Positions 58,831 through 64,000 of a DNA stretch of 64,000 nt are shown piece by piece. A program made the position numbers and the translations under genes. Numbering within the stretch: position 1 is the first letter of the stretch; each line of letters begins with the position of its first letter. This DNA is from Octopus sinensis (lineage: Eukaryota): contig NC_043006.1 in assembly GCF_006345805.1 (NCBI RefSeq), positions 58,156,001-58,220,000 of the forward strand. Direction: 5' to 3'. The notes under the pieces were generated by a model. It saw nothing but the letters and a program-made list of their open reading frames with translations, was not told where the DNA came from and searched no databases.

Positions 58831-59939
58831 GCAAAAAATTAAAAAATGGACCCCTTTGATTACTATTTTACTCAGATGGACCCCATAACCATTCGATGAT
58901 TTTTTAAAAATCCTTTTATGTTTTTATAGTTAGATATTATTAGGAACTGTATAAAAAATAGTTAAAATATTTTGTGCGTTGTTGAAGTATAACCAATTTA
59001 TTGCACATACGATTTTACCACCAAAATCTTATATGGATCCCCAAGTGTCATCCGGACCCTGGTTGAAAATCACTGGCTAAGAGTCTTCTCCTTTAGCTCG
59101 TAATGTCTTGTTATACTTGTAGGTCAGAACATCGTAACCGACCATATCACAAACTACCCAACTTCTATGGAAAGTATATGGACCCTTGGAACCACAGAGA
59201 ATAACATCAACAAATTTGAAATCAGAGATTAAGAGAGAGATTTATAACACAGCTGAGGTATTCAAATTTAAATGATTCTTGTTTGCACGGACTACACAAG
59301 TGTCCGCCTCCCACCCGACTTTATTTTCCTCATACGATTACAATGGAATTTGTTTTGACAATTTTTTTTTCGAAAGTGGGGATCAAAGGAGTTTCGGATA
59401 ATTCATATGCATTGACTTCGTTTCTTCATAACATTCTGAAAAATGGGTATATTTTAATGAAATTTTCTACAAATAAATTTGCTTCTTCATAACGTTCAGA
59501 AAAATGGGTATTTTTTAATGAACTTTTCTACAAATAATTCTTGGGTGGTTTGCATTACAATTCTCTTAGAAAAGAAAATGGGGATAGGGGTCTAAAATTT
59601 CATGTATCTCGACTTTGTTTCTTCAGACATTCTGATGGTGCAGATTACAATTGTTACAAAAAATTACTTTTGAGAACTCTTCCACTCTTTAACTTCTGGA
59701 ATTTGTTAAATGAAGATTTTTAATAAGATAAATTTTCCAGAGATAGCAGCATAATTTGCAAAAAAATAATTATCAGTGGTGAATTTGCTGGTATGGCCTT
59801 GAAATTTTCCTTCTTTTAAAAATTATTCATTTAACAAAGTGCAGAAGAGAAAGGTTGGGATAATTTTTTTGCATGTACACTAAAATCTCACTGAATTAAT
59901 TTCCAATGCTAACCTCTCTTAACAATACTTTAGTAGATA

Positions 59940-60340
59940 GGCGCAGGAGTGGCTGTGTGGAAAGTGCTTGCCTACCAACCACATAGTTCCGGGTTCAGTC
60001 CCACTGCGTGGCACCTTGGGCGAGTGTCTTCTGCTATAGCCTCGGGCCGACCAATGCCTTGTGAATGGATTTGGTAGACGGAAACTCAAAGAAGCCTGTC
60101 GTATATATGTATATATATATATGTATTTGTGTGTATGTTTGTGTGTCTGTGTTTGTCCTCCTAGCATTGCTTGACAACCGATGCTGGTGTGTTTACGTCC
60201 CCGTCACTTAGCGGTTCGGCAAAAGGGACCGATTGAATAAGTACTGGGCTTACAAAGAATAAGTCCCGGGGTCGATTTGCTCGACTAAAGGCGGTGCTCC
60301 AGCATGGCCGCAGACTGAAACAAGTAAAAGAGTAAAAGAG
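59940..60340 (+). mobile_element. SINE family B
   Basis: Full copy; inverted partner at 60465-60853. Confidence 0.8.
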
Positions 60341-60464
60341 AGAGAGAGATGAACGATTTTAATAGTACTTCTACGCATAGCTTCGGCATTACACAATGGA
60401 CAACAAAGTGAGACAACTTTCTCTACATGTATTTTCTTATATATATATATATATATATATATAT

Positions 60465-60853
60465 CTTTTCTCTTACTTGTTTCAGCCATTTGACTGTGGC
60501 CATGCTGGAGCACTGCCTTTAGTCGAGTAAATCGACCCCGGGACTTATTTTTTGTAAGCCTAGTACTTATTCTATCGGTCTCTTTTGCCGAACCGCTAAG
60601 TTACGGGCACGTAAACACACCAGCATCGGTTGTCAAGCGATGTTGGGGGGGGACAAACACAGACACAAACATATACACACACATACATGTATATATATAC
60701 ATATATGCGACGGGCTTCTTTCAGTTTACGTGTACCAAATCCACTCACAAGGCTTTGGTCGGCCCGAGGCTATAGCAGAAGACACATGCCCAAAGTGCCA
60801 CGCAGTGGGACTGAACCCGGAATCATGTGGTTCATAAGCAAGCTACTTACCAC
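60465..60853 (-). mobile_element. SINE family B (reverse)
   Basis: Full reverse copy, tail-to-tail with 59940-60340. Confidence 0.8.
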
Positions 60854-61276
60854 AATCACTAAGTGTGACTAATAGGGCAGACGCACCTACATTGCTACAT
60901 ATAAGAGTTGAAATACTCTTAATACTGTAGGAAAAGTCCACATGCATACATGATGACGGGAGGCAACTGCCTCATGCCGACCCGAAAATCGTCAGACTGG
61001 ACGTCTAATCTCGTCTATTCCGTAGACATCTTCGGTGGGATCGCTCGAACGGCACATTTTCGGCTAATTCCGCCTGTCAGCATATACGTAAATTTATGGA
61101 TAATTTAGAGGAATGCTAATGAGTGTATAAAAAATTAATATAACAACGGCGGTGCATCAGCATGGCCGCAGCTCTGAGCTGAAACAAGAAAAACGAAAAA
61201 CAGCTGGGCGCAATGTGATATCATAAAAGGAAAAAGTTCAATCGTCAATAAGTATGACTACCGCCTAGCTGTTTAT

Positions 61277-61476
<200 letters not shown>

Positions 61477-61576
61477 TCAGATGAATATGGTACTTAAGTT
61501 GAGGCACCAGAATTTAGTACAATTTCAAAATAAGGTGATTCAAATCAAAATAATCAACAAGGATATCCAGAGGTAA

Positions 61577-61654
61577 TGCAGTACGATCGTTTCAAGCGAC
61601 TCCATTTAATTGAACAATGCAATCATTTCAAATGTAGAGCAATCTTCAGCTACA
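61577..61654 (-). ncRNA. Type I hammerhead motif
   Basis: UGUAG-CUGAAGA-UUGCUC...GAGUCGCUU-GAAA-CGAUC-GUA/CUGCA; palindromic ACGAUCGU. Confidence 0.65.
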
Positions 61655-61784
61655 CAAAGACATAGAATTTAACTATGATGTTGTTAGTAAAACATGTTTT
61701 TTGTCTATCTCCTTATACTCTTGGAGAGTTTAGGTAAAATTATACTAATGTGTCCTTCTAATTTAATTAAATTCTATGTCGTTT

Positions 61785-61876
61785 TGCAGCTGAAGATTGC
61801 TCCACATTTTAAATTGATGTTGTGAAATGATTGCATTGTTCAATTAAATGGAGTCGCATGAAACGATCGTACTGCA
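61785..61876 (+). ncRNA. Type I hammerhead motif, inverted partner of 61577-61654
   Basis: UGCAG-CUGAAGA-UUGCUCCA...UGGAGUCGCAU-GAAA-CGAUC-GUA/CUGCA. Confidence 0.7.
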
Positions 61877-61984
61877 TTACCTCTGGATTTCCTTGTTGCT
61901 TATTTTGGGCGGTACATATTCTAAAATTGGAATTGGAATATATATACATGCATACATATATACATAAAATAAAATAAAATGTAA

Positions 61985-62410
61985 ACACAATAGACCTAAT
62001 ATAATAATTTGGGACAGAGAAGAGAAACTGTGTATAGTTGTGGAAATAAGCTGCCCAGTAGATGTTAACATAAAGCTAAAGATCAATGAAAAAGAGAATA
62101 CCTACGCTGATCTATTGAGAAATCTGCAGTTACTCTATCCAGATTACAATTTCAGATTTATACCTGTAATGATTGGGGCACTGGGATATGTAACACACTG
62201 CCTAAATACCAATCTTAAGAAATTAGGCTTCTCAAAACCAGAAAGAAGAAAACTGATTCGAAGACTACATATCTAAGCCATCAGAGGAACTGTAAAAATC
62301 TGTAAAACTTTCCAGAAGTTTATCATTTAAGAATATTATCAGCATGTCTAGATATGCAAGTATATTCATTAGAAGACAGGCATAAAACAAAACATACAAA
62401 TCTACATGAA
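61985..62410 (+). mobile_element. RLE-type LINE 3' fragment (second family) leading into the TACA array
   Basis: KHNRPNIIIWDREEKLCIVVEISCPVD...FIPVMIGALG...GTVKICKTF. Confidence 0.75.
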
Positions 62411-62446
62411 TACATACATACATACATACATACATACATACATACA

Positions 62447-62478
<32 letters not shown>

Positions 62479-64000
62479 CACATACAAAAATACCCTGTTG
62501 TTGATGTTGAATTCCAATGAAGGAGCCTTGGATCTAGGTTAGAAACCGGTTCTTTCTCTATTGACAAGAAATTCTGAAATAAAACTGAATAATGGAATAC
62601 ATACATACATACATACATACATACATACATACATACATACATACATACATACAAAAATACCTGTTGTTGATGTTGAAATCCCATGAGGAGCCTTGGATCT
62701 AGGCAGAAACCGTTCTTTCTCTATTGACAAAAATTCTGAAAAAACTGAATATGGAATACATACATACATACATCATACATACATACATACATACATACAT
62801 ACATACTACATACATACATACATACAAAAATACCCTGTTGTTGATGTTGAAATTCCAATGAAGGAGCCTTGGATCTAGCTAGAAACCGTTCTTTCTCTAT
62901 TGACAAGAAATTCTGAAATAAAACTGAATAATGGAATACATACATACATACATACATACATATACATACATACATACATACATACATACATACATACACA
63001 AAAACCCTGTTGTTGATGTTGAAATTCCAATGAAGGAGCCTTGACTAGGCTAGAACCGGTCTTTCTTCTATTGACAAAAATTCTGAAATAAAACTGAATA
63101 ATGGAATACATACATACATACATACATACATACATACTACATACATACATACATACATACAAAAATACCCTGTTGTTGATGTTGAAATTCCAATGAAGGA
63201 GCCTGGATCTAGGCTAGAAACCGGTTCTTTCTCTATTGACAAGAAATTCTGAAATAAAACTGAATAATGGAATACTACATACATACATACATACATACAT
63301 ACATACATACATACATACATACATACATACATACATACATACATACATACATACAAAAATACCCTGTTGTTGATGTTGAATTCCAATGAAGGAGCCTTGG
63401 ATCTAGGCTAGAAACCGGTTCTTTCTCTATTGACAAGAAATTCTGAAATAAAACTGAATAATGGAATACATACATACATACATACATACATACATACATA
63501 CATACATACATACATACATACATACATACATACAAAAATACCCTGTTGTTGATGTTGAAATCCCAATGAAGGAGCCTTGGATCTAGGCTAGAAACCGGTT
63601 CTTTCTCTATTGACAAGAAATTCTGAAATAAAACTGAATAATGGAATACATACATACATACATACATACATACATACATAATACATACATACATACATAC
63701 ATACATACATACATACATACAAAAATACCCTGTTGTTGATGTTGAAATTCCAATGAAGGAGCCTTGGATCTAGGCTAGAAACCGGTTCTTTCTCTATTGA
63801 CAAGAAATTCTGAAATAAAACTGAATAATGGAATACATACATACATACATACATATCTACATACATACAGACATACATACATACATACATACATACATAC
63901 AAAATAAAAATACCCATTTGTTGATGTTGAAATTCCAATGAAGGAGCCTTGGATCTAGGCTAGAAACCGGTTCTTCTCTATTGACAAGAATTCTGAAATA
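62409..64000 (+). repeat. Tandem array of ~170-195-bp units (~115-bp unique part plus (TACA)n), 9 units, running off the window
   Basis: aaaataccctgttgttgatgttgaa...gaataatggaa recurs at ~62484, 62653, 62826, 63000, 63161, 63356, 63536, 63721, 63907. Confidence 0.9.

Noticed and set aside
60945-61000. ATGATGA-CGGG...CCC-GAAA-ATCGTC motif
   Set aside because: C3 is missing, stem III is mismatched and there is no adjacent stem I.
62409-64000. CRISPR-like or hammerhead-containing array
   Set aside because: The unique parts are identical and the variable parts are microsatellite, the opposite of CRISPR. The hammerhead-like motif has CCAAUGA (no G5) and no convincing stem I.

Overview
Eukaryotic, AT-rich, microsatellite-dense genomic DNA, most likely a coleoid cephalopod (Octopus-like; inferred from the SINE families I recognise, not verified). 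One host gene is supported: a + strand aquaglyceroporin (AQP3/7/9/10-like) with six coding exons over 23144-54895, canonical GT-AG introns and AQP3-like exon sizes and phases. It has both NPA motifs but a non-canonical ar/R filter (about S/V/P/L; NPALD instead of NPARD). The rest is mobile-element debris: RLE-type (R4/Dong-like) LINEs in TAA and other microsatellites, a ~555-bp non-autonomous TAA-embedded element, Tx1/L1-, CR1-, RTE- and CRE-like fragments, mariner/Tc1, hAT and Helitron-like elements, and three SINE families. The most striking unexplained structure is a recurring architecture of fold-back inverted repeats whose arms carry divergently oriented minimal type I hammerhead ribozyme motifs (32310-32894, 33082-33220, 40170-41157, 61555-61898). 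Further hammerhead motifs sit in other inverted or direct repeats, several on the sense strand of the aquaporin introns. All calls were made by eye; no alignment, folding or database search was run. Most ORFs in the supplied track are microsatellite or TE artefacts.
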